Shown here: piece by piece, positions 51,828 to 61,829 of the stretch
How positions within the stretch are numbered: position 1 is the first letter of the stretch
Layout: the number at the start of each line of letters is the position of its first letter
Assembly: GCA_002269645.1 (NCBI GenBank)
Contig: NIVC01000028.1
Span: 1-64,000 of the forward strand
Length of the DNA stretch: 64,000 nucleotides
DNA from: Macrostomum lignano
Taxonomy: Eukaryota
Reading direction: 5' to 3'
The notes under the pieces: model-generated
Database searches by the model: none
The model's input: only the letters and a program-made list of their open reading frames with translations
What the model was told of the DNA's origin: nothing
Translations under genes and position numbers: made by a program

Positions 51828-52495
51828 TACACACTCAAATCGATCGCAGTTTAGGTAGGTCATTTTAAAAAAAGAGACTTGCCGATTTTAACGACATCAA
51901 AAAACTTACCATACGTCCGCTACAAGTAAAAGTAACGCTGTTTTCGGACACCCTCGTAGAAATCAACTGATCGTGAGAACATCTCAGCGGCCACAGCTAT
52001 TCGTCTAGCGGTCTAGCGGATTACATGACAGCAGTTGTATGACAGTTTGCAAAAAGTTTAAATATTTCGACTGAAGCATGGCAGTTTGTTGCAATATACT
52101 CGTACCACAGAGGCAATCTCCAGGTTGTGAAATGTTGCTCAGTGGAGTTGATTCTAGTAGCTGCTCTAGCTGGATGGCTGTTGCATTTCTACTGCTGCTG
52201 CATGAGTGGCTTTAGTGAGACTGAACTGCCACTGAGTATTGTAAAAACTTTTCTGCCTGTCGCTGACGCAGTCCAACGGTCAGCAACAAAGACTTGTTTT
52301 TCCATTTTTAACAAAAACGCAGCCGATGCTTTTTGTCAATTTTTGCGTGCCAGCAGATTCCTTCATCCCTGATTCCGGTGCCTGGGATGGAAGGCTTCCT
52401 GACCTCGCACACTCTGCTCTTGATCAAGTAGCCAATACTCTCACCACTTGTACAGGTAGCAGAGTGCGTAAGCATCCGTTCTCTCATCTTTCAAG

Positions 52496-52542
52496 CCAAT
52501 AGAATAAACTGTTTTCGGTTGCTCCATAGCAACAGGTTTGAG
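52496..52542 (+). promoter_or_regulatory. CCAAT + RFX X-box-like half-site upstream of PAN-LamG copy 1
   Basis: CCAAT (52496-52500)...ACTGTT...GCTCCATAGCAACAGGTTTGAG; shared with the other two paralogs. Confidence 0.45.
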
Positions 52543-52650
52543 CATCGGAGATGGGACAGATTTATAAAAATCAGGCACGTGTCGGCCGCTGCTGGTGACG
52601 AGCTATCAAAATATTCACGAACTTCGACTGCCTTGACGGATGAATTGGAA

Positions 52651-53823
52651 ATGCGGCTGACGCAAACAAGGGAGTTCTGCAGCATCCTGGCAGCCATGCT
52701 GACGCTACCGCAGGTGGCGCTTTCTGAGCAGCGACTGCCAGCCCTGAAGCTGATCAGCAGGTGTCCATCCGACTCGAGCCTGCCAGAGTTGACCTCCGTA
52801 ACGTCTACCAACGACCTGTTCGAGTGCGCTATAAAATGCGTCATGTCGGAGCTCTGCTCAGTGATGCACTTCTCCGGAGCCCAGTCTGTCTGTTACCATG
52901 CCAGCACCCAGCAGCTGAGCGCCATGCTGCAGAACAACGGCTCGGGTGAGCCCAGCGAGTGCGCCAGCTACTCCAAGGAGCTGCCAATGCTATCTGAAGC
53001 TCCAACCACCGAGCCAACGACAACTGAAGCTCCAAACACCGAGCCAACGACAACCGAAGCTCCAACCACCGAGCCAACAACAACCGAAGCTCCAACCACC
53101 GCTCCGATGGCTCCAGCTCAAACTGCGACAACCAGTTCTGCGGTCCCTCAAATTGCTGGCATGAGCTCAAATCTAACTTCGAAACTGCTCATTCTGTTCG
53201 ACTTCAGACAGGGCTACACAAACCTGGTGAACCCAGATAAGTACCTGGCCACTCCGAACGGCTCTGTCACTCGGGACTCTCAGGGTGCCCATTTTCGAGG
53301 CCATCCTAGCGACTTCATCCATGTTGACAACGACAACGACACGCTTGTGTCCGGCTTCCTGACAGCTGCCAATGACTTTACCTTCTTCGCCAGGCTGACC
53401 CGTCAAACAACCAATGCGCAAAACTATCACTGTTTTTTGAGCGAGATGGGAGCGGTCGGCTCTGGTCTTTTCTTTGATCAGAATGGTTGTCTTGGCGTCG
53501 ATCACGTGTCCTCCGCTTCTGTGAAGGTGTCCCAGTTGACCGGCTCAGCTATAATGTTAGCCGACAACACTGTGCAGCTGGTGTCAGTTGGAGCCGTCTT
53601 CAATGCAGGAACTCTTACCACATTTTATTTCGATGGATCATTTATTGGCGACGGACTCGCTTCGACGATGCACCCCCAAGGTTTTCCCGTTAGCCTGCTA
53701 CTCGGCTACTGGGTTGACAGTAGCGGTGCCCTTCGGGGCCGCATGATCTGCTATGCCATCGCCAAAGAGGCGCTCACCGAGACGGAGTTGCAACAGCTGG
53801 ACAGCTTCTGCCAGAGCGTTTAA
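52651..53823 (+). CDS. Secreted protein, copy 1: signal peptide, PAN/apple-like Cys domain, TEAPT stalk, LamG/concanavalin-like domain (390 aa, single exon)
   Basis: Signal-like ILAAMLTLPQVALS; C..ECAIKC.MSELC..MHF....CYH; (TEAPTTEP)n; FTF..L, LVSVGAVF...FYFDGSFIG, L.LG...LRGRMICYAIAKEALTETELQQL resembling the Laminin_G_3 C-terminus. Domain names are by-eye pattern matches. Confidence 0.8.
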   Translation: MRLTQTREFCSILAAMLTLPQVALSEQRLPALKLISRCPSDSSLPELTSVTSTNDLFECAIKCVMSELCSVMHFSGAQSVCYHASTQQLSAMLQNNGSGEPSECASYSKELPMLSEAPTTEPTTTEAPNTEPTTTEAPTTEPTTTEAPTTAPMAPAQTATTSSAVPQIAGMSSNLTSKLLILFDFRQGYTNLVNPDKYLATPNGSVTRDSQGAHFRGHPSDFIHVDNDNDTLVSGFLTAANDFTFFARLTRQTTNAQNYHCFLSEMGAVGSGLFFDQNGCLGVDHVSSASVKVSQLTGSAIMLADNTVQLVSVGAVFNAGTLTTFYFDGSFIGDGLASTMHPQGFPVSLLLGYWVDSSGALRGRMICYAIAKEALTETELQQLDSFCQSV

Positions 53824-53913
53824 ACTGATTGATTATGATCGAGAGACTGAACAGTCCACCATCTCTGCGATTCTCTGACATGTTGACATGGGGCAAGAAC
53901 CCTGACGAACTTT

Positions 53914-54172
53914 AGGCGACATTGTCGCACAACCGGCGAGAGGCATTACTGCCCATGCCGCCGACTCCCCTGAGCAGGCGCACACGTACACGGGAGTGTA
54001 CAGCGGCCCTAACTTTATTTATTGTTCGACATGTACAACTTAACTGTGCTTTGAGGGTCGGCCCTCAAGCCGAGATTCCAATTTAGCCCCAAATTAATGT
54101 GACTGCACCTGAAATCGAGCCTGGGGTCCCTGACACATAAGAGCTCTGCGTGAGACCACTAGACTACGGCCA
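53914..54172 (-). mobile_element. tRNA-derived SINE, copy B
   Basis: Minus strand GGCCGTAGTCTAGTGG (A box) ... GGCTCGATTTC (B box), followed by a body homologous to 48268-48591. Confidence 0.78.
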
Positions 54173-54249
54173 TCAATTCCTTGACATGTACTTTTATGTT
54201 CTTTATCACTGCATCCCATAACCTTCTACTGTCTATTATTGCATCCACC

Positions 54250-54470
54250 GTCTCCCAATGTCTCTTATTGCATCTCACCCTCTCCTAATATCTCCTATTG
54301 CATCTCACCCTCTCCTAATATCTCCTATTGCATCTCACCCTCTCCTAATATCTCCTATTGCATCTCACCCTCTCCTAATATCTCCTATTGCATCTCACCC
54401 TCTCCTAATATCTCCTATTGAATCCCAACCTCTCCCAATGTCTCCTACTGCATCTCACCCTTTCTCAAAG
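54250..54470. repeat. Minisatellite, 30-bp unit (TCTCCTATTGCATCTCACCCTCTCCTAATA)
   Basis: About 6-7 copies. Confidence 0.95.
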
Positions 54471-54949
54471 TCTACTATTGCATTCCATCAGCTCCTTCTG
54501 TCTCTTGTATCAAATAAATGCTCCAGCAGTTCAACAAACTTAGTCCAAGCAATCAATTGAGTAGTTATTAAACTCTGTGATGTCAGCTTTTTCAGCTTTT
54601 TCCTATTATTTTTCTACTAATTATCGTCTAGAATCGATACGAGTTGAAGTTTGTGACTGTAGAATAATCTGCTGCCTGATTCTCAATACAATTCGTGTGA
54701 TTTGGTGTAATATAGTAAATACCAGTAGGGCATACTTGCGAGAATCGGATCTCTTGTTTCTAAATCTTACTCCTGTTTTATTATTTAAAAATAACAGAAT
54801 CATTCTCTATATATTTCCTAACTTTTTTGAGAATCTCAGAAGTTCACGTTTGTTCTCATCTCTAAACCTTGTTTCTGATGATCCCGAAGCATGAGCCTAA
54901 AAAAGCAAACAGTGCCTATAGCAGGTAGCTTGTCGATAAGGTGGAAAGC

Positions 54950-55760
54950 GGTAGATGTTGCATGAGATTAGATATAGAATCATCTAGATGTTGCATGACA
55001 TTAGATATAGAATCATCTAGATGTTGCATGAGATTAGATATGGAATCATCTAGATGTTGCATGAGATTAGATATATAATCATCTAGATGTTGCGTGAGAT
55101 TAGATATGAAATCATATAGATGTTGCATGAGATTAGTTTGGAATCATCTACATGTTGCATGAGATTAGATATGGAATCATCTAGATGTTGCATGAGATTA
55201 AATATAGAATCATCTAGATGTTGCATGAGATTAGATATGGAATCATCTAGATGTAGCATGAGATTAGATATGGAATCATCTAGATTTAGCATGAGATTAG
55301 ATATGGAATCATCAAGATGTTACATGAGATTAGATATAGAATCATCTAGATGTTGCATGAGATTAGATATAGAATCATCTAGATGTTGCATGAGATTAGA
55401 TATGGAATCATCTAGATGTTGCATGAGATTAGATATGGAATCATCTAGATGTTGCATGAGATTAGAAATGGAATCAGTCAGATGTAGGATGAGATCAGAG
55501 ATGGAATTAACCAGATGTAGTGTGAGATTAGAGATGGAATCGGCAAGGTGTAGGGTGAGATTAGAGACGGAATCAGCAAGGTGTAGGGTGAGATTAGAGA
55601 CGTAATCAGCAAGGTGTAGGGTGAGATTAGAGACGAAATCAGCCAGATGTAGTGTGAGATTAGGCATGGATCAGCAAGGTGTAGGCTGAGATTAGAGACG
55701 GAATCAGCCAGATGTCGTGTGAGATTAGGCATGGAATCTGCAAGGTGTAGGGTGACCACT
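54950..55760. repeat. Minisatellite, 33-bp unit (GTTGCATGAGATTAGATATGGAATCATCTAGAT) drifting into a second variant
   Basis: 11-aa periodicity MRLDMESSRCC changes to VRLETESARCR toward the 3' end. Confidence 0.95.
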
Positions 55761-56425
55761 ATTTTAGCTACTATGAGTAGTATTGATATAGTTTCAATTT
55801 ATAGCAATGGTTTTCTGTCAGCACACTGGTCACCGGTCACTAAAAAACAGTCGTGGTAGAATGAACGCCACTTTATACCACAGCATGCAATACCTACTAC
55901 CTACACTACTGCAAAAATCATCAACTGAATCAGAAACTCAGCCACACTACACTCATATTGCATGCAATTAAAAGTCAAACTGAATCGTAGCTTTCTGTCG
56001 ACTTTTTGAGCTCATTTTTGACACCCTCTGTTCCCGACGACAAACAGCTTTTAAGGAGAGCAGAATGAGTCTTCTGCAACACTGGCACTGGGATACAGGC
56101 GTACGCACTCAAGCTCTCTCTCTCGACAAGCCAACCAACACTCAGCAGTAGCGAGAAACAATTACTAGCTTCATTGACTTCTCTAAAGAGTTAACTTTCA
56201 ATAAGAAAAGCTGCATCCTACAGTCAGCGATAATTGATTTTTGTTACTTACTCCCTTTGCCCGTGGAAAAAACACTTTCAACAGGGTTCTTCCATGCTAC
56301 TTTTCCAAGAAAGACAGCTCTAACCCAGGTTCCATTGTTCACAAGTTGCGCCACTTAGTGTACAGTACCGTCGATTTTACCTGTGCTTGATTAGTGCCCG
56401 CGCTACCCGTCTGTCTTCTCTCCAA

Positions 56426-56473
56426 CCAATTAGGAGCCACTGTTATCAAGCGCTTCATAGCAACCGGTTTGAG
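56426..56473 (+). promoter_or_regulatory. CCAAT + RFX X-box-like half-site upstream of PAN-LamG copy 2
   Basis: CCAAT (56426-56430)...ACTGTT...GCTTCATAGCAACCGGTTTGAG. Confidence 0.45.
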
Positions 56474-56603
56474 AATCTGAGATAAACAGCATTCATCTCC
56501 AAAAACCATAGGAAAGAGTGCCATCCTACACTGGGAAACTGACACCTTGCTCAGCGGCAAATTTCTATTAAATTACTAGATTACTCTATTAACCTCGTTT
56601 ACA

Positions 56604-57710
56604 ATGAGACTCAGGTTAAATAACGAGTTCTACTTTGTCGTGGCAGCCATGCTGATGCTGCCGCAGGTGGCGCTCTCTGAGCAGCGACTGCCGGTCCTGA
56701 AGCTGATCCGCAGGTGTCCATCCGACTCGAGCCTGCCAGAGTTGACCTCCGTACCGTCTGCCAACGACCTGTTCGAGTGCGCTATAAAGTGCGCCATGTC
56801 GGAGCTCTGTTTAGTGATGCACTTCTCCGGAGCCAAGTCAGCCTGTTACCATGCCAACACCCAGCAGCTGAGCGCCATGCTGCAGAACAACGTCTCCGGC
56901 GGCGAGTCCAGCGAGTGCGCCAGCTACTCCAAAGGCGACGTGGAGCTGCCAACGATAACTGAAGCTACATCCACCGAGCCAACGACAACTGAAGCTCCAA
57001 CTAACGCTCAAACTGCGACAACCAGTGCCTTGGCTTCTCATATTGGTCACCTGAACTCAAATCTAACTTCAAAACTGCTCATTCTGTTCGACTTCAGGAA
57101 GAGCTACAAAAACCTGGTGAATCCAGATAAGTACCTGGCCACTCCTAGCGGCTCTGTCACTCGTGACTCTCAGGGTGCTCATTTTCCAGGAGGCAGTACT
57201 GACGACTATATTGAGGTGGACAATGATAACGCAACGCTTGTATCAACTTTCCTGACGGCTGCCAATAACTTTACATTCTATACTAAGCTGACACGTCAAA
57301 CAAGTGTTAATCAAGCCTATCACTGTTTCCATGACTGCACGCAAAATATCAATGCCGGTGGGCTATTTGGCGACCGGAGGGGTAGACTAGGCATCGCTTA
57401 CGTACTCTCCGATTCGGCTTCTGTCTCTCGCTTGAGCAGCACAGTATTGGTTTCGATCGACAGCACTCCTCAGCTGGTCTCAGCTGGGGCCGTCTTCAGT
57501 GCTGGAAGCCTTTCTACACTTTATTTCAATGGATCCTTCATCGGCCTTGGAGATAATTATGAATTAATACTTTCTAGCTCCCCCATCTGTCTGCGACTAG
57601 GCAACTGGCCTGCTAAAGGCGACGCCCTTCACGGCCGAATGATTTGCTACGCCATCGCCAAGGAGGCGCTCACCGAGACGGAGCTGCGGCAGCTGGACAG
57701 CTTCTGCTAG
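56604..57710 (+). CDS. Secreted PAN-like + short Thr stalk + LamG-like protein, copy 2 (368 aa, single exon)
   Basis: Clear paralog of 52651-53823: near-identical PAN region and C-terminal GRMICYAIAKEALTETEL.QLDSFC. Confidence 0.82.
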   Translation: MRLRLNNEFYFVVAAMLMLPQVALSEQRLPVLKLIRRCPSDSSLPELTSVPSANDLFECAIKCAMSELCLVMHFSGAKSACYHANTQQLSAMLQNNVSGGESSECASYSKGDVELPTITEATSTEPTTTEAPTNAQTATTSALASHIGHLNSNLTSKLLILFDFRKSYKNLVNPDKYLATPSGSVTRDSQGAHFPGGSTDDYIEVDNDNATLVSTFLTAANNFTFYTKLTRQTSVNQAYHCFHDCTQNINAGGLFGDRRGRLGIAYVLSDSASVSRLSSTVLVSIDSTPQLVSAGAVFSAGSLSTLYFNGSFIGLGDNYELILSSSPICLRLGNWPAKGDALHGRMICYAIAKEALTETELRQLDSFC

Positions 57711-58044
57711 AGCGAGCAATGAACTTTATGGCTGTTTAGAAATGCATTAATCTATCAAGTTTATCAAACCCAGTCAATCAAGCCATGGCCCTATGTCAAT
57801 ACAGTATATACGAGAGATTCTGTATCAAAGTTAAGAGAATTTTGTCAAAAAAATCTGAATGGGTTAACTTATCAAATTTAAGCTGAAAATATGGACAGCA
57901 AACCAGCATTAATGTTAGCTTTTATTAGCCTGCATTCATCAGAGATACCGTGCAAGTAAGTCCGATCTCGAGATTAGAAATCACGGTTGTTTGTCTTATG
58001 AAAGAAAGTGAACAGGCAAACTTGTTGCTTGTATCAATCATCGG

Positions 58045-58610
58045 AGAATATGGAGAGTGCTGTCTATGGCAGCGGGGGAATATGAGAGTGCTGTCTATGG
58101 CAGCGGGGAATATGGAGAGTGCTGTCTATGGCAGCGGGGGAATATGGAGAGTGCTGTCTATGGCAGCGGGGGAATATGAGAGTGCTGTCTATGGAAGCGG
58201 GGGAATATGGAGAGTGCTGTCTATGGCAGCGGAGAATATGGAGAGTGCTGTCTATGGCAGCGGGGGAATATGGAGAGTGCTGTCTATGGCAGCGGGGGAA
58301 TATGGAGAGTGCTGTCTATGGCAGCGGGGGAATATGGAGAATGCTGTCTATGGCAGCGGGGAATATGGAGAGTGCTGTCTATGGCAGCGGGGGAATATGG
58401 AGAGTGCTGTCTATGGCAGCGGGGAATATGAGAGTGCTGTGTATGGCAGTGGGGGAATATGGAGAGTGCTGTCTATGGCAGCGGGGGAATATGGAGAGTG
58501 CTGTGTATGGCAGCGGGGGAATATGGAGAGTGCTGTCTATGGCAGCGGGGGAATATGAAGAGTGCTGTCTATGGCAGCGGAGAATATGGAGAGTGCTGTC
58601 TATGGCAGTA
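58045..58610. repeat. Minisatellite, ~30-32-bp unit (GGAATATGGAGAGTGCTGTCTATGGCAGCGGG)
   Basis: Period of 32 at 58141/58173, with G-run length variants. Confidence 0.96.
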
Positions 58611-59087
58611 GAGACTTTGTTACTGATATTTTTGGCTTGATGTAATTGCTTCTTGTTATAATGTGTAATTTAGAATAAAAAATTCCATATTTATTGTCAA
58701 CTAATGACATGCATCTAAATCCAAGTATCTTTTCTGCTATATCCTTATCCAAGTGTTACTATATTTTGCAAGTTCAACACCTCAGCTGTACTATTCAAGC
58801 AGTAATTGCTTTTTCTACATGTTTTTAATTAGCAAAACCAGATTCACTGCTTTTTCTTAACTGATTACACAATAACTGATGCAGCACAGTATAGTAAGAG
58901 TTTTAACAGCAAGCCCAAATTCTAAATTTATTGAACCATTTCTTTAAAATATAAACTTTAAACATTTTTCAGATCTCTATACGTCATATCTGGTAAAGTC
59001 CAGCTGAAGAATCTTTTATTATAAATGATACTGCGCATTTCTATTTATGAATTTATCATTTTTAATTGGAGATGTCGCAATCATGAG

Positions 59088-59277
59088 GGCGCCCCTGTCT
59101 CTTGGTCGGTGCCCCTGTCTCTTGGTCGGTGCCCTTGTCTCTTGGTCGGTGCCCCTGTCTCTCGGTTGGCGCCCCTGTCTTTTGGTTGGCGCCCCTGTCT
59201 CTTGGTCGGCGCCCCTGTCTCTCGGTTGGTGCCCCTGTCTCTTGGTCGGTGCCCCTGTCTCTTGGTGGGCGCCCCTA
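59088..59277. repeat. Minisatellite, 20-bp unit (GGTGCCCCTGTCTCTTGGTC), ~9 copies
   Basis: Directly visible. Confidence 0.95.
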
Positions 59278-59859
59278 TTTGTTCCGTAACTTTGGAAATC
59301 AGAAAGCTCACACTGAATTTCAGCTTTGGATTCTGTTCTTTCGTGAATTCTAAACCTCCTAAAATTCCCTCAAGCTGTTAGAAAACGGAGTAGTCAGATC
59401 GCTCGACAAAAGACACTGACTACTTTAGGACTACTCTAGGCACTATCTCAGTTCCTAGAGAAGCCTTCTCTAAGAGGATTTTTACTACTCAGGAAGGCGG
59501 CTGGCGCCGCAGGCACACGCCGCAAGCCCAAGCTAAGAAGGCTTCCCCAACAGCTGCTGAGAGTAAAGTTTTACTCACATGCGTGTCTGCCTTGCTGACG
59601 CGTCCCGATGGTCAGGAACAATTAAACTGCGTGTATGCATTCTTTTTAGGAACTCAGACGAAGGATTTTTTTTCTTCAAAAAACGACTTTGCGAGAGGGA
59701 GCCATCCATCGTTAAAGACAATGACGACTTTCTATCATCGTTAAATGTATCTCAAGTAAGAGATAAGAATAGAATGTCATCACAAGTGAGTCACTGAAGC
59801 CACTTTCTCTCGTACTTGCAGCCCCTCGTTACTTCTTCCATTTCTACTGGTGTACATTA

Positions 59860-59902
59860 CCAGTACACTGTTTATATCGGCTCCATAGCAACCAGTTTAA
59901 GC
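59860..59902 (+). promoter_or_regulatory. RFX X-box-like half-site upstream of PAN copy 3
   Basis: CCAGT..ACTGTT..GGCTCCATAGCAACCAGTTTAAG, ~870 bp upstream of the ATG. Confidence 0.35.
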
Positions 59903-59933
59903 AAAGGTATCCGAGATATGACGATATTAATTT

Positions 59934-59939
<6 letters not shown>

Positions 59940-60006
<67 letters not shown>
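59940..60006. repeat. (AG)n dinucleotide microsatellite
   Basis: Directly visible. Confidence 0.98.
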
Positions 60007-60007
<1 letters not shown>

Positions 60008-60766
60008 TCAATCTAAACGCACGAACTCCCAGCTACTTCTAAATGTTCAGTTGTCTAATAAGAGAACAATTTTATTTACCAAGAGGATTAACGTCATCGA
60101 AATCTTTACTTTAACCAACCGCAACCGCAAGAGTGCGCCTTAACAATTTGCTGACAGAAATCCGGGTGCTCAAAAATGGCGTCTTCTTCTATAAGTCTCA
60201 GAATCAGAATCTGTGTTGGGATAGTTGTTTCGTAATCAGCGTCAATGGATAATCATTGAACTTATTAGGGTAAAATCTTCTTTCAGGGATGTGTTCTTAG
60301 CTGTTCTATCCTTATCCAGCTCTTTTTTAGTCAGGGATTTCAACAGTTTGGGCTTGCATTTGTACACAAGTTGGCTTAACCTATAAGAACGAAAGTAATT
60401 TTGACGTATGAGAGGTGGAGCTTTGTGAATGAGATTTAGGGTTATTGTTGGGTTAACATTTACCATATTTAGAATTCGCAAGAGAAGCTTACTGAAAACC
60501 GGTTACTTAACGATACGAGAATGATCTGCATTCTCTTTTTCACGTGGTATTACTATAAGTAGAGTATTGCTGACGAATGTGCTTTCTTTACATGCAAATA
60601 ATAGCATGTAATATTCTGAAGTCATCAGCACTAGTACCGCATTAGACTCTGTATACTCCTGCGAGCTTTTTTGCGCGTCTCTACAAGAAGATCGGCAGCC
60701 CACACTTGGGTTTACAGGAGACTGATGCCTGTTATTCGTGTATATTTTGTTATGCCTAGCTTGACA

Positions 60767-61174
60767 ATGACCCTCAGGCTGAATATTAAGTTCTTCATCG
60801 TGGTAGTCATGCTGATGCTGCCGCAGGTGGCGCTCTCTGAGCAGCGACTGTCGGTCCTGAAGCTGATCAGCAGGTGTCCATCCGACTCGAGCCTGCCAGA
60901 GTTGACCTCCGTACCGTCTGCCAACGACCTGTTCGGGTGCGCCACGAAATGCGTCATGTCGGAGCTCTGTTTAGTGATGCACTTCTCCCTAGCCAAGTCA
61001 GCCTGTTACCATGCCAACACCCAGCAGCTGAGCACCATGCTGCAAAACGGCAGCTCCAGCGAGTCCAGTGAGTGCGCCAGCTACTCCAAGGGCGACATAA
61101 AGTTGTCAACAACAACATCTTTGCTGGAGTGCTGCTCTTATACATTTGTCATAAGCTACGACATAGTTGGTTAG
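60767..61174 (+). CDS. Truncated third paralog: signal peptide + PAN-like domain only (135 aa); pseudogene or short secreted form
   Basis: MTLRLNIKFFIVVVMLMLPQVALSEQRL...SECASYSKGDIKLSTTT is homologous to copies 1 and 2, then reads into unrelated sequence and stops. No LamG-like sequence is seen downstream. Confidence 0.65.
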   Translation: MTLRLNIKFFIVVVMLMLPQVALSEQRLSVLKLISRCPSDSSLPELTSVPSANDLFGCATKCVMSELCLVMHFSLAKSACYHANTQQLSTMLQNGSSSESSECASYSKGDIKLSTTTSLLECCSYTFVISYDIVG

Positions 61175-61287
61175 GTGTGCCGACGTTAGAAGTGTTGTAT
61201 GGCTTTTTCTGCTGTCTCACCGAAGACCTTCATATCTGTCTAATACGATTCAACATGTTTCCTGTTCAATATGACCTGTTGAATACA

Positions 61288-61578
61288 GCAGGTGACACTG
61301 TGATTGGTGCAGGTGACACTGTGATTGGTGCAGGTGACACTGTGATTGGTGCAGGTGACACTGTGATTGGTGCATGCAGGTGACAATGTGATTGGTGCAT
61401 GCAGGTGACAATGTGATTGGTGCATGCAGGTGACAATGTGATTGGTGCATGCAGGTGACAATGTGATTGGTGCATGCAGGTGACAATGTGATTGGTGCAT
61501 GCAGGCAACACTTTGTGACCAGTGCAGGTGACACTGTGATTGGTGCAGGTGACACTGTGATTGGGTGCAGGTGACACT
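61288..61578. repeat. Compound minisatellite of 21-bp (GCAGGTGACACTGTGATTGGT) and 25-bp (GCATGCAGGTGACAATGTGATTGGT) units
   Basis: Directly visible. Confidence 0.94.
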
Positions 61579-61829
61579 GGCATCAATATGACTAAAGTAA
61601 ATAAATTCAAGTAAAAATAAGTCTATTAGTCCTCGAAATTGCACTTGGTTTGTTAATCAGTGAAGAATAAAGCGAAGATGATGCAATGCAAGCACAAAAC
61701 AATTTATTGGGCATATTTACACGAACAGCTTCTGCATTAAAGTCGTTACAAAACATGTACTTAGGAGTAAATAGAAAAGCCAGAATTTAAAAATAGTTCA
61801 TGTATGTAATGTTTCGATAGTCCTTAGGT

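Noticed and set aside
52127-52372. 81-aa ORF with a signal-like hydrophobic stretch
   Set aside because: GTG start, no recognisable domain and no homology to the neighbouring family; insufficient support.
52519-52650. N-terminal extension of PAN-LamG copy 1 given by the ORF track
   Set aside because: It has a non-ATG start and overlaps the conserved upstream motif. Paralogs start at the ATG equivalent to 52651.
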